A stretch of DNA of 64,000 nt from Basidiobolus meristosporus CBS 931.73 (GCA_002104905.1 MCFE01000213.1:1-64000), one strand, 5' to 3'; counted from the first letter of the stretch, positions 25,450-38,893 are shown. Numbers and translations are program-made. Notes: generated from the letters alone by a model not told the origin.

Positions 25450-26132
25450 TCATTGCGGCTTGGCTAGGTTGCTGGTATTTAATTCTTGACCCAACAGAGT
25501 GTTGGGGCTGGCATTGGGTTCCTCCAGAGCCTTTTGAATGGCGATAGGCACCAGAAGAAACGGAAGCGCCCTGTCGACGAGGGGAATGTTAATATAGCTT
25601 CACTCAATGGTGTGCCTATCACGTACCATGTGGCTGTTAGGATCACTCCGAATCCCTGATCCTCTCGTTGTATTAAGGCAAACTGAAGCCCTACAAATGC
25701 TGATATAACCCGGATGAATGGCTGTATAGGAGGTAGCAGCATAGCAACTGTGGACAAGACGCCGAAGAACAGTATAGCTCGATTTGCCTCCTTATTTAAA
25801 CATTCCATCAACTTCGGCCTCAGCTCCACTTCGAAGCCCCACCAATACGTCGTGACCTGTATGAGAAAGTCACTATCATGAACGGGCTTACCATCCAACT
25901 GGCTGTCATGCTCGTGTGCTAAAGGGTTAACCAAAGTTTTAAGCTTTTCGATCACTTTTACGAATGTGTCTCGGTTGGAGAGCATGTTTAATGATTTCCT
26001 CTGGTATTTTGTCGGTATGCCCTGAGTGATGACGGAATGAACATCTTGGGTAATCCTGTCGACCACCTCTTCCCTGCTCTTCGAGGAAACGGTTTGATGT
26101 CGTTTCCGAAACCAATGGAAGATATTGAACAT
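25450..26132 (-). CDS. Uncharacterised YWWG-motif protein, paralogue B
   Basis: Contains VTTYWWGFEVEL...GFGVILTATW. Intron 25571-25626 is at the same codon and phase as in paralogue A, then ALPFLLVP to the stop at 25450. Confidence 0.85.
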
Positions 26133-26748
26133 AAGGAAAAGAGAGGAGGGATCCAAAGCCAAAGCCTCTCTTCACCACGCAGTTTTATGAAATTCGTGCT
26201 CCTCTGCGGGCGAATCAGAATCCCCGCCCACACCTAATGTGACTTGGTAGAAATTTAATTTACACCTTCCTGACAAATTCCGTAGGTTTAATGTAGCACA
26301 TAATTGAAACTAGTTTTCACTATAAATCCTGGTAACCACGCATGTTGATGGGAGTTTGGATAAACATATTAATGGATTATTTAGATGTATGCAGTCCAAG
26401 AATGCTTTGTGAAAGCAGCTTCAATACTAGCCCATTGGAGCTGGACCCAGACTTGGCAACTGGCTGATGTATTTGATGTTCGCTCCACATGTGCATCCGC
26501 TACAATCTTGATCACAGTTTGCTTCAGAGCTCCACATGGGGGCAATGTGCCGTATGCATCAAGAGTTCAGGAATACTATGAACTCCAAGTTTGTGTGACT
26601 CGTTTCTCTTAGATGCCGATTGCTTGGTTGCTAGCGAAGTCATCGTGAAAGTGTGCCAGCGGGGTGTGAGCAGTAACGTTGAATATGCCACTTTATTGAA
26701 AACATCTTACATATATTTCTAAACATTATTCACAGGTAACTTATCATA

Positions 26749-28844
26749 TTAAATGCAAAGTTGGGCTAGGGAATCCATAATATCTGTTGTAAACTCCATA
26801 ATACAACTATTGAACCTGTTGGGATGAATATTAGCCCAAGCAAACACTAGAATCCAGTGCAGATTTTGAACATTACCCGAAGATTACATCATCCACCACG
26901 CCGACATACAGTGAATCTGATTCATTTTCTGGAAAGCTGACCCCAGCTATCTCCCCGAAGAAGTCTATCACTTGAGAGCGATCTAGCGAGTGCGCATCCA
27001 GTATATGAATAAAGTCGGCTGGTTCTGGATCCCAATGAAGTTAGCGTCTATTCCACCCTTGATGAACATGGCTTAGTTACCAGCAATCACCAAAAACCGG
27101 CCATCTGGCGAGAATCGCAATGATCTGACTGCAGCCATCTGTGTTTCCAATACTGCAAACGACTTCGAAAAGTATCTCGTATCGTACAACCTAGTCGCAT
27201 CTATTAGCAACCATGAAATTCACTTGATCCTAACAACTGACTCTACCTGGCAGTCATGTCTGTGAACAAGCAATGGTTAGCTGGGCTCTACAATCAGGTA
27301 TTAAAAGAGCTAGCAAACCTTGATTTCCTGTAGCCAAAACCCGGCTATCAGGGCTCCATGCAGTGGCAAATGAATAGTCAACATGGCCTGATAGTGTGTG
27401 AATCACTTCAAACACAATAGTGCATTAGTATACTCATCATATTTCAGACCTGAACCGTGCACTGTTTACCATCCCCGGTTTCGGCATTCACTACCGAGCA
27501 ATCTGTGTGATCACCAACGACTGAAAGCAATCTCCCATCAGGACTCGCTGCTGTACACTATAAAGAAACACTATCAGACTATGTCAAGTATCGTGCTAAC
27601 TGGCATTACGTCTTCGTACATTGATAGGCCATTCAAACTCGAAAGTGTTTGTTATCTGAGAAGTTTCTAGATCCATGATACGAACGCATCGATCATTGCT
27701 CGAAATGATGGTTTGAAGCGCTACAGAAGATACGGTTAGCTACACCAAATATGGATCAGTTGTGAAGTGGCGACCGAGACTAACCACCACTACGCGATTG
27801 AGAGATATCAAGATGGTTTGTGATGCCGTTTGGATTTTTGGTCACTACTCCAGAATGAAAAGCCCCACTGCTTATATTTTTACAAAGAATTTCCCCATTG
27901 AAGCCTACGTTGACGGACAGTAACATAAATACCGGGTTTGCCAACAAAACACATCTAATACTGTACCTCCTACAAGTATTATATCTTCTCTACAAATCAA
28001 GCTACTTGCTCTAAAATGAGTTGCGCATGAATGCTCTTTGAAGTCAAGTACTGATTGCGAGGTTCTGCATATTGGTGACCAATGCTCTATTCCAGAATGG
28101 GCTTTGATTGCAAAATAAGCTGACATTAGCAAAGGTCCATTGTGCACGAATAAAGTACTCCAATCCATTACAGGTATAATAGACGTCATTTTTGCTGGTC
28201 GCCCATAATAAATTTCTCAATTGAAAATGTGTGATAGAGCATGTATCTCTTAGAGAAGCATAGTTGAACTTGAAGAAATTGCCATCAGATATTACGGGAG
28301 AGATTTCCTAGCATTCTAGAATATAAGCACAACCAGGCAAAGAGTGTTGTATCAATGCAAAAAAACCTTTAGGATCGATTCTCTGGTGGTGGAAAGGCTA
28401 CGGTAGTTGAAGTATTCCTCAAACCTGTCTCGTAACGATAAGTTTGGGTATGAAAAGGGAGCGAGCAGAAAACATACCTCTGGGAGCGAAGCTTCTCTCG
28501 GTCAGACTGAACAAAGTCCCATGATATCCCTTGCTAGAATGGGTTGATGTCAGCCCAAATGCTGAAGGGGCGCGTTTCCTTTCACTTACCATATCGATTC
28601 CGTCGTTATGATCGTCCGCAGTCACTTCCATCTTGGAAATAGTTAACACATGAGGCTTTTCCGAGAAAATCTTTTTTTACTCACTTTCGAGAACACATGT
28701 TCAGGTGGGGTTCTCCCTTCTGTTTAAGAGAATGCTTTAGTAGGATTTCAGAGCAGACCAGAACTTTCTCGGCGAACCTTTGAGGTAATGTTCGTTCATA
28801 AACTCAAGCACAGTTGAGGTTTGGTAAAAATGAGCAAGATTCAT
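26749..28844 (-). CDS. WD40-repeat protein (S. pombe C2A9.03-like family), ~15 exons
   Basis: Hand-spliced model gives QGISWD, HFQLRNLLWATSKNDVYY, LVGGFNGE, SSNDRCVR, GHVDYSFATAWSPD, ATGNQDMTARLYD, RSLRFSPDG, AEPADFIH and IDFFGEIAGVSF. It uses 14 GT-AG introns; the first exons are the least certain. Confidence 0.85.
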
Positions 28845-30164
28845 GTATAGAGGCTTGTTGGCGTGTGATGCTAACTTGGATATGGGCCTAAATGTGAATG
28901 ATTTATTTGACTGCTAATAGTAGAACTGACAAAAGGTTAGGAATACCAGCCAATTTATGGTGCAAATATTGATATCTTGACGTTCAATGTCCGCGTGAGT
29001 TGGGTTGATGGAACTTCGTGATCCAGAAACATTGTTAGATTTGACTGCTAAATTGGCGAATATATTGAGTTCTTACATAAATTGCACAATTAGTTCTTGA
29101 CACAATCGGCAGAGCGCTCAATGCAATTTGAGTTTCATTCATGTTAAGCCTTTTACCCAATGGATCACCAGGCGATTTGGAAATATGGCAATTTTGGAAA
29201 CCTGCGCCGCATTTCTTACTTTAAACATATGAATAATCCGTACGATTTGAAACCATGGCTTACGACAAAATGCTGAGGTTTGTGATTGTAGTGTCATTCC
29301 TAGTTTCTCGAACCCATGACTCGTGTGATCCAGTTCCGGTTAATGGCTATTTGTGCAATCCTATGTCACATATTAGTCTTTGGTTTAGTTTCCCGTCTTA
29401 CGAATAAATGTAGAATATTCGACCAGGCAGATCATTGCTCCGGGGCTGCCATCATTAACAAGGGCATTAACCAGAGAAACCCGGATGACTGAGGTCCAGG
29501 TTCTTCTGTGCAGAACTTACTGATGTGTGAGGCGGCATATATATATATCATTTCACGCTTGTACGTCATCCTCGTCCAGTTAACGACACACCAATTCAAA
29601 GCTGGTTCAATGCCAAGAGCCACAAATCGTCCTATGTACCCCTCACTAACAGTGGCTGCGATCTATCGGAATATTTCATTCAGGAACAAAATGTGCTGGA
29701 CTAGAAAAGAGAAAGCAGTACTGCTGACGAATCACCGCCCTGACGCAGGAACATTGGACCGTTGGTGTTGAATTATAGAATATATATTAAAATCGTATTT
29801 TAACGGATGCTATAGTGTCTGCATATTTGTCCCCATTCCGTCATAACGTAGATCCCACAGCAGAGTGGCGCAAATGAATTGCCTCCAGATTGTTTCCGAC
29901 CTTTATTATTTACGATGTATGACCAGAAGCAACCTCATGAACGTTCCCATAGCCATGCCTTCGATGTAAACCGATGAATATTACTTCCTGGCTGCCAGCA
30001 GATGTTACTGCATATCTGCTACTTCATATAATTAGCGCCTTTCCAAACAAATACGATACCGAGGTCAAAACGACCATGAAATCCTTCTAATAGAGTGAAA
30101 TTAGATGAGTTTATTTAAATGCAAGTGTGTGTGTAGATTCATGATGGAATAGAAATTACCAGCA

Positions 30165-31013
30165 CTAAGAGTAGTGTGGATCACTTTTGAAAAAATCTGG
30201 AATCTTCTCGATAGCCTCTTGTCCCAAATTCCAGGCAGTAGCAAGAGCGGCACAAATACCTCCAGAAATACCAGCAGCACGGAAGCCGGCTAGATATCAT
30301 ACTCATATGTTAGAAAAATGTAAAATGGGGGGGGGGGTTCAAATGGTGGATAAGCTAACCTGTAGACTTGAAAACGGCACCGGAGATGGCAGCAGCACCA
30401 ATACTATTGAACATATCGTGCTTACCGCGAGCAGCGCCAATTGAACTATTGAAGGCATTGTACATCATAGCTAGAACGGAGTCATTAGAGGCTGCCAACA
30501 CATTACCTATTTCGAAAGACTTACCAATTACACCCAGTGAGTTGCCCACGAAGGGACCACGTCGGGTGCACGAATTCAATACTGAATTCACACGCAGTTT
30601 GAAGCTATTACCATCAGGCTTTCTGAGACCTTCATAGAGTCCCCAAGCACCTCCGGTGGTCAAGCCTGCGATGAAACATCCACATTAGATGAGGGGAATA
30701 GAAAAGCGTGTGGGCAACGAAACATACCTAACAAATAACTTGTGCCAGTGCCATAGCACAAGTCGTCACCCCAACTTCTGCTAGGAAGAGCACCGGCGAC
30801 AGGTCTCTGTCCAACATTCCCATTTGAGCCGATTTGGTCATCGAGTAACAAGTATTCAACTCCCCCGAAAGCAGAAATTGGATGCAACTTGTTAGAATTG
30901 ACATCCATGCTCCCAAGGAAATCACTGACGTTCACTGCCTCATGCTGAAACTCGTTGGTGGCATAGTTTTGTTGAGGGAAGGCTTCTCCGTTCTCTTCAG
31001 AGGTGAAAGACAT
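30165..31013 (-). CDS. TIM23: Mitochondrial inner-membrane translocase subunit Tim23, 4 exons
   Basis: RSWGDDLCYGTGTSYLLG|LTTGGAWG...RVNSVLNSCTRRGPFVGNSLGVI|AMMYN...RGKHD..NSIGAAAISGAVFKST. Confidence 0.93.
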
Positions 31014-31949
31014 GATAAATGGTTGAGTACGTACAGGGAACGATATGTAACGTGAAGGGAGAGCAGTACACAAGCAGTATATGAATCAAATTGTAGAAAG
31101 AGATTATAATGCTTAGATTAATTATGAAAATTTTTCTCTTGGAGAATCCAGAGTCAGTGATTGGGCTTATCCCATACAATATCCTCGTAGTCGGTGTGGA
31201 TAATCTACACTAATTGTTCACGAATCTGTTTCTACTGGTCATCTAGCTGAGCAATACTGATGTAATTGGCCTTCTCCGGTCGAGTGAACCTTAATCAATG
31301 ACTGTTCATTCTATCTTGCGGTAACCTCAATTCAGCAATGTCCTCTACTGATTCTGATATTCATTTATTTCAGAGCAAGATGGATCCTGCTGTGGGACAA
31401 ATCAGGCAGCTCCATTCTGGCCATTGGTTGATCATGACTTCTCCATCCGAAATGGCGCACTGCATCTGTTGACCGAGGCTCATTTCTGCTTCGCATCAAG
31501 AGTGTCATTGAATTCTAAAAGTGTAGACCGCTTCCTCTAGAGTCAGGGGCAAAGTAGAATAGTAATCCCTCAGGGTAGCTAGGCTTACTAGACCATCGTC
31601 GCAAAGTGAAACCCCAATGTCTTGCATGACTCAAAAACGAGTTCTGTCCGATTTACGTCAAGGCGAAGTCACCCTCGCCGAAATCGTGGGGTTTCCGGAT
31701 ATGGAATAACCGTACTTCGTACTCGAGCTTTAACAACGCTGTGCATCGGTAGTGGGAACCCGTGATAATTCGGCAACCCTATGGCTCAGTACTGTCCCAA
31801 TCATGTCTATCTTTAGTTAGGACCAGAATCAAATCTGTAGTACCCAAGATATGAATGTTGAGATTCTCGAATGTCAATTGGCAAGTCAGTGGCTACTTCT
31901 AGCTAAATAGAGCCTAATGAATAGTGATGCGCTTGTTATAATGGCAAGT

Positions 31950-32400
31950 CTGATGTGCCACGTCTATTTAGTATATTAGCAGTGTTGATCTGTATGCCTC
32001 AAGGGTTCCTTCCGGTGTACTGCAGGCCACTTCTCATCATGCAACGCACCTGTTATGCGATAGACGTTGGTTGGCAGCTCCAACATATGGCCACGGATTA
32101 CTATGCGGCTGTGTAGAATCCAATTATTCATAACATAAGTGTTCTGGCATATTCGTACTCCTTGGACTTGACATGTAGTCTGTGACGTGCCCCATATTTT
32201 GCGCCATCAACCTAGGGTTCTATTGGCAATCAGAGCGGAAGTACGTTTTCAAGGCTTTTTCGAAATTGGCTGTTTAAATTCAGTTAGGATGATGTATTCA
32301 TTTACCTAAGCCTCACGGTCCAAGACTACTACGCTGCGCAATAGGTGACTACCTGAACGCCAAACTATAGGGTCTTACACAGGATAGATCTTCCGTGGTA
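31950..32400 (-). mobile_element. Decayed L1-like reverse-transcriptase relic
   Basis: Ordered degenerate motifs RPYSL (32361-75; cf. RPISL), NFEKA (~32253-67; cf. DFEKA), SRIVIRG (cf. S.V.ING) and KEPL (cf. IEPL), with stops and deletions. Confidence 0.4.
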
Positions 32401-34067
32401 GCCAGGAACTTGTTTCAAAGGATGCAGCTGTGAACGCCCTTTGGAGCGCGCCACTACTCTCCCTATTGTTTACGACCGGCCCTTATATTTAGTTGGCATT
32501 TTTTGCATCCGCATGGACTACTTACTACTCGTAGTATCCGTCCTCATGTAATGTGGTCTTGCAAATAATGTGCTTTTTATTAGAACCATCCGGAACTTAG
32601 CCTTTTATATGAACGGCCAACTGTTGTATTTGAGATCCAAAGCTGAGTCAACAATAGTATTAGGTAATTGTCTGGTTGTATATGGCTAGTCCAGGTTTTC
32701 CACAAGTGTGTCCATCAAATACAAGGCAGAATCCTTTCACGTATAGACCAGGCTTTAGTATATACTATAATGCATGACTACTGTATACGTGTCCCAATTT
32801 GATGGTGAATTGACCCATCATGGCTAGCAATCTTACTGATACAGTAGCGTTCCGATACCTATGCAAATGGTACAGCATTGAGTAAAGCAGAATATTCATT
32901 GGCTAAACCATGCAAATATCGTTTGCAGCAGAGCGATTGCTTCGGATCTTGTTAGGGAGTGTTACTCAACGATTTGCTTGTATCCAGGTGTGCTGAGATC
33001 GGCCGTTAATCCTGGGCTTCATAAACAATCTAGAAGAGGGGCTTTATATTGCGCATACAATGGCGCAGTTTCTGAAGTAAATTAAGGGTCATATAGAGTG
33101 AAGCTTCATCGAGATGGACAAGCACTTAGCATCAGCAGCAGGATTACTAGGCCTGTGTTGATACAGTTCTCTAAATATATTACAGTGCTTTGTTACACTT
33201 GGGCAGGTACAAAAGGGAGTGGATTGATCACAGCTGATAATGAGGCTGAACATAGAAGGCCGTATGGTGTTTAGAAGTGCTCGATCCGTGTCTGGCTACT
33301 AGATAAGGGGTTATCTTCGTGAAAGACCGTGAAGGGGTGCTTATTCGTAGATGGATATCGAGGAGACTAGTGCTTGGAAATTGCAAAGCAGGTTTATATC
33401 AAAGCTCACCCCTCCGGTGTCTGACGAGCACATTCTCGATTGGCTACCCCGTATACGTTTTGTCAACGAGCAAGTGTGGGGAATATCGAAAATGCGATCA
33501 ACCTTCAATTAATAAATAGGGTTCTAACTCAAGCCTGTTGGCACTGCTAAATGGGGAGGCGCAGATGATAGTCCTTTGGAGAAAATACCCCCATTTTTAT
33601 GTGCATGCTGATGCTCCAATATTACCAGTATCAAGATCACATATCGGAGAACAGTATGTGCAACGAAATTTGACTCACTGTGCAATTCTCGTTAATTTAT
33701 AATATTGACGATCTTTCAATTTATCACCATAGAATTGAATGAGGATTACTCACTCAACGGTGGATATGGTATAATTGAAGTCGACCATGATCAAAGAAAT
33801 CTTGGGAGTAAGTCGAAATAAACCGACATTGATCAGTAAAGTATACATCAAACTGCCTTGATCCATCACCAATTTGGCCTACTTCTCTGTGGCATGTGGC
33901 CAAGGGGAAACGGTTTGATACAGAGCATAGGGGCCACGAAGCTGGAGAAAATATATTACCTGTTTCGATATCCCTATATAATGCAACGCTTTGGCACCTT
34001 CACTATTTACAAGACCCACTTTATTAGTCCTTTTATATTTTACCATTTATCTTATACATCGATTCTG

Positions 34068-34889
34068 ATGAGCTTTTTCAGAGGAGAACAAATCTTAGAG
34101 GGGAAGCTCGAGTCCCCAACTCTGCCCAGCCCACGCGCGCTATTTCCTGAGTTGTTCGGGAGGAACACCCGCTCCATGAAGATCCAGTTACCTTACCAGC
34201 CCCAGCCCTTAAGTATGTTGCTGTGTGATAGTCCAAACAAATCCATGGGCCATGAGTATGAGCAAAGACATGATACCTCAAGCATGTTTGCTTGCTCTGA
34301 GGTTGATTGTAACTGTAGCAACAACATATTAGGTGGTGCTATCAGCTCCCATTCATCAGAGGCATGTTCCTGGCCATCTTCCTGCGACTCTTCGCCTACA
34401 TTGTCCTCTCCAGAGGGATTTGACTATTTACGCCATGCTCATGGACGAAAAAGGAGCTTAGATGACTGTAAATCTGACCAGTGCCATGGCAAGTTTCAAG
34501 AAAAGCAACACATGGCTTCTAGCGACTTTTGCTTCAGTGAATCACAAGATCATGAATCCCGGAGATTGTCAAGTTGCTCGATCACGCCTGTCACATTAGA
34601 CAACAACCTCACAGACTTCAAGAGAGTTTTTCCAATTTCGCCAGGTTCCTTGAGACCAATGCCAACAACAATTCGAAAGCCATATCAATGCAGTTACTGT
34701 GGGAAACGCTTTGCCCGTCCTAGCTCACTGAAGACACATACATATTCTCACACAGGCGAGAAGCCGTATGTATGTCAAGAGGAGGGGTGCCATAGCCAAT
34801 TCTCGGTCCTCTCGAATCTTCGTCGCCATGCCAAGCTTCATGCTAGTATGAGAGAAGGGGGACGGGAGGCAATGCGTAACTACTCGTAG
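34068..34889 (+). CDS. C2H2 zinc-finger transcription factor (two C-terminal fingers)
   Basis: YQCSYCGKRFARPSSLKTHTYSH-TGEKP-YVCQEEGCHSQFSVLSNLRRHAKLH. The likely start is the ATG at 34068; the track's TTG extension is not adopted. Confidence 0.9.
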   Translation: MSFFRGEQILEGKLESPTLPSPRALFPELFGRNTRSMKIQLPYQPQPLSMLLCDSPNKSMGHEYEQRHDTSSMFACSEVDCNCSNNILGGAISSHSSEACSWPSSCDSSPTLSSPEGFDYLRHAHGRKRSLDDCKSDQCHGKFQEKQHMASSDFCFSESQDHESRRLSSCSITPVTLDNNLTDFKRVFPISPGSLRPMPTTIRKPYQCSYCGKRFARPSSLKTHTYSHTGEKPYVCQEEGCHSQFSVLSNLRRHAKLHASMREGGREAMRNYS

Positions 34890-35649
34890 TCTGGTCAGTG
34901 ATCGTCTACATATTGATGTAATATACCTGTATTTTTATGGAACACATTTCCTAAATTTTCACCATGTAAACAAGCCAACTCAATCCAATCTTTAATTTCA
35001 TCATTTCAATATCTGTTGACATCTGATTAACAAAGCTCATACTTGTCCAAACACTTATGGTATACATATATCACGAGTATGTATGGCAGCAACTACAATT
35101 CACGGAATGATTGAGCCCATTTGGCGTGGTATATTGAGGAAATCAATATTGAGTAGTCAATCAGTAAATATAAATGAGATTTTTTGTGACGATCACAATG
35201 TATTCAGTCATTTTCAGTGTAGATTTTACGTTTCAATCAGCCTGCGATACCAACCCCCTAATTAGCTCGTCTAAAAAGAGAATTCCTAGATACAAATTGA
35301 TATTCCCAAGGTACCATATATCTGATGATGCATACTTCAAACATCTATTGAGAAGTCTATAGCCAACGAATCTAGCTTACCCTCCTTAAACACATAGATA
35401 TGGGCGGATCACAAAAACACGCCATTCGTTGTTAAGACACTGTAAACCCCGAAAAAAGCCTTCCAAATTTAGCTGAAAATCGGCAACTCTCCATTCATTT
35501 ATCCATGAACTCGGGGCAACGGAGCTGTCTGATACATACGGAAGTGAACTACAATGATACAACGATACTTTGTTATCTTCTTACTCCTGGAGTCACTCCA
35601 CGTATACGATATAGCCGTTGGAACCTCACTGGTTGGTTTACTTTAGATG

Positions 35650-36400
35650 CCTTAGGTGAGCATGTTGGCTTGTACCTGGCTGGCAACACCTTGGTATGTT
35701 GGGGTATGTTGAATGCACATATTATTGGGCTGCTGCCCCAAGAGTAAGCCATACATGACAAAATTCATGGCTAATCAAGATCGTCATGTCACACTTGGTC
35801 TGAACATCGTATCACGTGTAATGCAACGGCACAGAAAGTGCTGGTATTGGGCTATATTCCGCACAGAACATGCCATAACGGTCAACCGGTTTGATAAGCA
35901 CACCACGCAGCTCCAGTCGAACTCAAATCACACAGACAGGGGCCTGAGAAGAACCATTTGTTTCATATCCCAGCAATATTGGGCCTTGTTGATCCTAGAC
36001 GCTCATTCAGTCCATTCTAACCACCTTTTGGAAGGCTCGATATATCAATGTTGCAGGTGATCTATGGCTAAGTTATCACAACGCAAATACTTTCCTGTCT
36101 GGTAGCAACGGATGTGCAGCAGGATGGGACTTTGAGAAGACCAACGTAACACTCTCTGGCCCATCATTTCTCGAATCGTAACGTGAATATCCAAGATTAT
36201 GGTGGTGAATCTAAATGATCAGACAAATGTGCAATATTGCCGTCTCATATGCACTTTGCCCTGATATCGAGACAGCCCCACATGAAATAGTAAACATTAC
36301 ATCAATGTCCTGAACCAGCCCTATGACCAGATCGAAAATCTCAACTCTGGAAATGCTTCATCCAGCATTGCTCTCCCTCCAGTCTATCTAGATCTAACAG
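35650..36400 (+). mobile_element. Decayed L1-like retroelement 3' relic
   Basis: LVCWGML, NSWLIK, TFWKARY...LWLSYHN and LCPDIETAPH occur in the order expected for the RT thumb followed by zf-RVT; heavily frameshifted. Confidence 0.35.
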
Positions 36401-38005
36401 GGATTGATACCGATGCATCACATCCCAAGTTGAAGTGTGGAGAAACCTGAACCATCATCCTTGGCTGACTGAAAGTATATTAAGATCTTATATTCAGAAA
36501 TTGAATATCATTATTGAGAAACCAGATATCTTGTCTACATCCAAACCAGGTAACTCACACAACGGTTGGCTTGCATTGCACACTTGTGATATGAAATACG
36601 GCAGTTCTGATGGTAATCAGATTGGTCTATATGGCGCCCCCTTTCTGAGCAAATATATATACCATGCATACGAAATGAATGTACGCCTGGTGTAAATGTT
36701 TAAGATTACTAATACTCCCATTACCTGATCACGTAATCCGGCCACGTAAGCTCACCAGAACGATTTGTACAAGATTTATCACCTGTGGACCTAAGCAATC
36801 ACAAAATCAGTCCATGTTGATGTTCCCCATGGTTGAAAAGCAGCATTAGCGTAGTTAATTTTACACTGGGATCCTCCCAGAATTCAGTGCGAAATCCGTG
36901 CTACCTCAAACTTGACTGCGTCGGTTCAGTCACGATGCATATTCAGTGTTACTGGCGTACTCACAAATTATCTGCCATGCATACTCCAAAGTGACGGTAC
37001 AGATTTATCATCAAACATTTGAATTGCCAGCCTGTATTAGTCCATGATCCTCAATTCTTTCAGCTATATCAGAGTTTAGATTTCGCTATTGATATTTCAT
37101 AAACAGTGTACTTTGACATATTCCTAATGGATGCCGTGTAACACCTGGCTAAATGGGATGTAGAAAGGGAGGTGGAAAAACGGAACATTGGATGGGTTGG
37201 TTTGTACAGACAAATGCAATCATCCTCTCTTCGAACGGACCTGCAACCTCAAACCATTATCGCCAATGAAAGAGCAGGCTTGACACAATTAGTGGAAAAA
37301 GACTTTTAACACCATAACCATGCTCTCTACTACAGCATGTGCCTCTGGTCATTGTGAGAAATGATCAACTGAGTATGATATAGTCGAATACATCAACTAA
37401 CTATACAGCTTACTTTTAACCATCGGAAGGTATCCTATGAACTTCTGAGGCACGCCCGGCCTCAACATATTTCTTGGAGATATGGTAACAAATAGGGGGT
37501 TTCTACATTATCTCCTGTGCATTTCTTGAAAAGTTTAGAACTTTCAGCTTCAGCCACTTTGCAATATATATGTATTGGAAGGCCTTTACCAGTTGCCCTA
37601 CTAACAGCACAACATGTATGATAATTGTGTAGTAGGCAGAGATCACAAGCATCCGGATGGCTTGATTTAAATACTCTTTACAATGCACTGTGTCAGGGGT
37701 GAATCAAATTTCTCGAGAATACTGAAGCGCCCAAGCAATAATAGCATAGCACCAAGAAGATTGGTTGGTTTGTAGGACACGAATTCAACAATGGCTATTT
37801 GGCACCCATATTCAACATACAAACTTGATCCAGTAGCTGCTGGGTATTCATGGTGTGTATTTATTTCGTTAGAATAATTTTCGAGCATTTACCACATATA
37901 TATCAAAAAATGGACTGATAACGAATGTACAACCTAAATGATCACCATCACAACTTGATGGAATACAGAGTAGAAAAGGCTTGGATTCAACTTAGATGGG
38001 AGGCT

Positions 38006-38893
38006 TCAACGCTGTAACGAATTACAGAAGCTAATCATCTTTCTGGCTACTTCTTCTGTGGATAACATTTCATCGTGCTTCCCGCTGATGTCTGTATCCA
38101 GGCGAACATCTAAAGATTCGAACTTCTCAAGTTTCTCTTTAAAAGAAATCGCCTGCTTCTCATTAATAAGCTCGTCGTCTGGACTGTGAATTAACAAGAA
38201 TCCCAATGGCTGTAGGTTGGATGGCGCTTGGTATTGTGGAGAATAACACTTCCACTTCTCTTTATCTTCTGTACAAGCCGCTTCAACAAACCAATCTTGA
38301 TAGTTTGGATAATCTTCGACCAATTTGGGGATATCGTAAATTCCTTCAATACCAATGACACCAATGATATTGGTGATCGGGTTTTCGTCATAGGTAATAC
38401 CATCTATTGCTAACGAGAGGAATTTTGGCTCAAGAAATAGCATAGATACAAGCTGAGCCCCAACAGAATGTCCAAGAAGGAACATGCGCTTTTGGTTATA
38501 CCCATATACGTCCCCATGGTTGGCTAGAAAAGCGATAGCTTTGGCACAATCCTCCAATGTTTTTGACATGTATACTTTGGATTCATACTGAGGGACGATA
38601 CAACCAGCGGAGGCGGGATCGCTAAGGTTTTCAACTGTTGTGGTTAATGGGTAATTCACAACGGCTACAGCATACTTCCCCTCGCCAGCTTTTACAAGAT
38701 TCCGAGCGAAGTTGCTGAATTCAAGTTTGTCGTTTGACCGCCAGGCTCCCCCGGGAAAGAATACCAACAAATCGGGAGAAGTTGCGCTTTGGGGCACATA
38801 AAGGTCCAGGCGATGTTTTGGATGAACAGGGCGGCCAGGAGAGGAGCTAACTCTGGTAATATAGGGTATGTTAAGGTTCGAAACAAGACTCAT
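38006..38893 (-). CDS. Alpha/beta hydrolase, kynurenine formamidase (Bna7/AFMID)-like
   Basis: LDLYVP, FFPGGAWRSNDK, VVNYPL, LLGHSVGA (Ser retained), EGIYD, HSPDDELI and GKHDE; single exon, 295 aa. Confidence 0.75.
   Translation of the reverse strand: MSLVSNLNIPYITRVSSSPGRPVHPKHRLDLYVPQSATSPDLLVFFPGGAWRSNDKLEFSNFARNLVKAGEGKYAVAVVNYPLTTTVENLSDPASAGCIVPQYESKVYMSKTLEDCAKAIAFLANHGDVYGYNQKRMFLLGHSVGAQLVSMLFLEPKFLSLAIDGITYDENPITNIIGVIGIEGIYDIPKLVEDYPNYQDWFVEAACTEDKEKWKCYSPQYQAPSNLQPLGFLLIHSPDDELINEKQAISFKEKLEKFESLDVRLDTDISGKHDEMLSTEEVARKMISFCNSLQR

Noticed and set aside
29307-29320. Minus-strand GGTTCGAG resembling a tRNA T-loop
   Set aside because: Flanks do not pair into a T-stem and there is no acceptor stem or D-arm.
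29400-30000. Short ORFs and splice-like signals between the WD40 gene and TIM23
   Set aside because: No coherent frame or recognisable protein could be assembled.
30327-30337. G11 homopolymer
   Set aside because: It lies in a TIM23 intron as the sense-strand polypyrimidine tract; an ordinary microsatellite.
33858-34067. TTG-initiated N-terminal extension of the C2H2 protein (likewise the GTG/TTG starts at 13400, 19614, 26162, 41169)
   Set aside because: These are bacterial-style starts in the ORF track; in a eukaryote the first suitable ATG is preferred and the extensions look non-coding.
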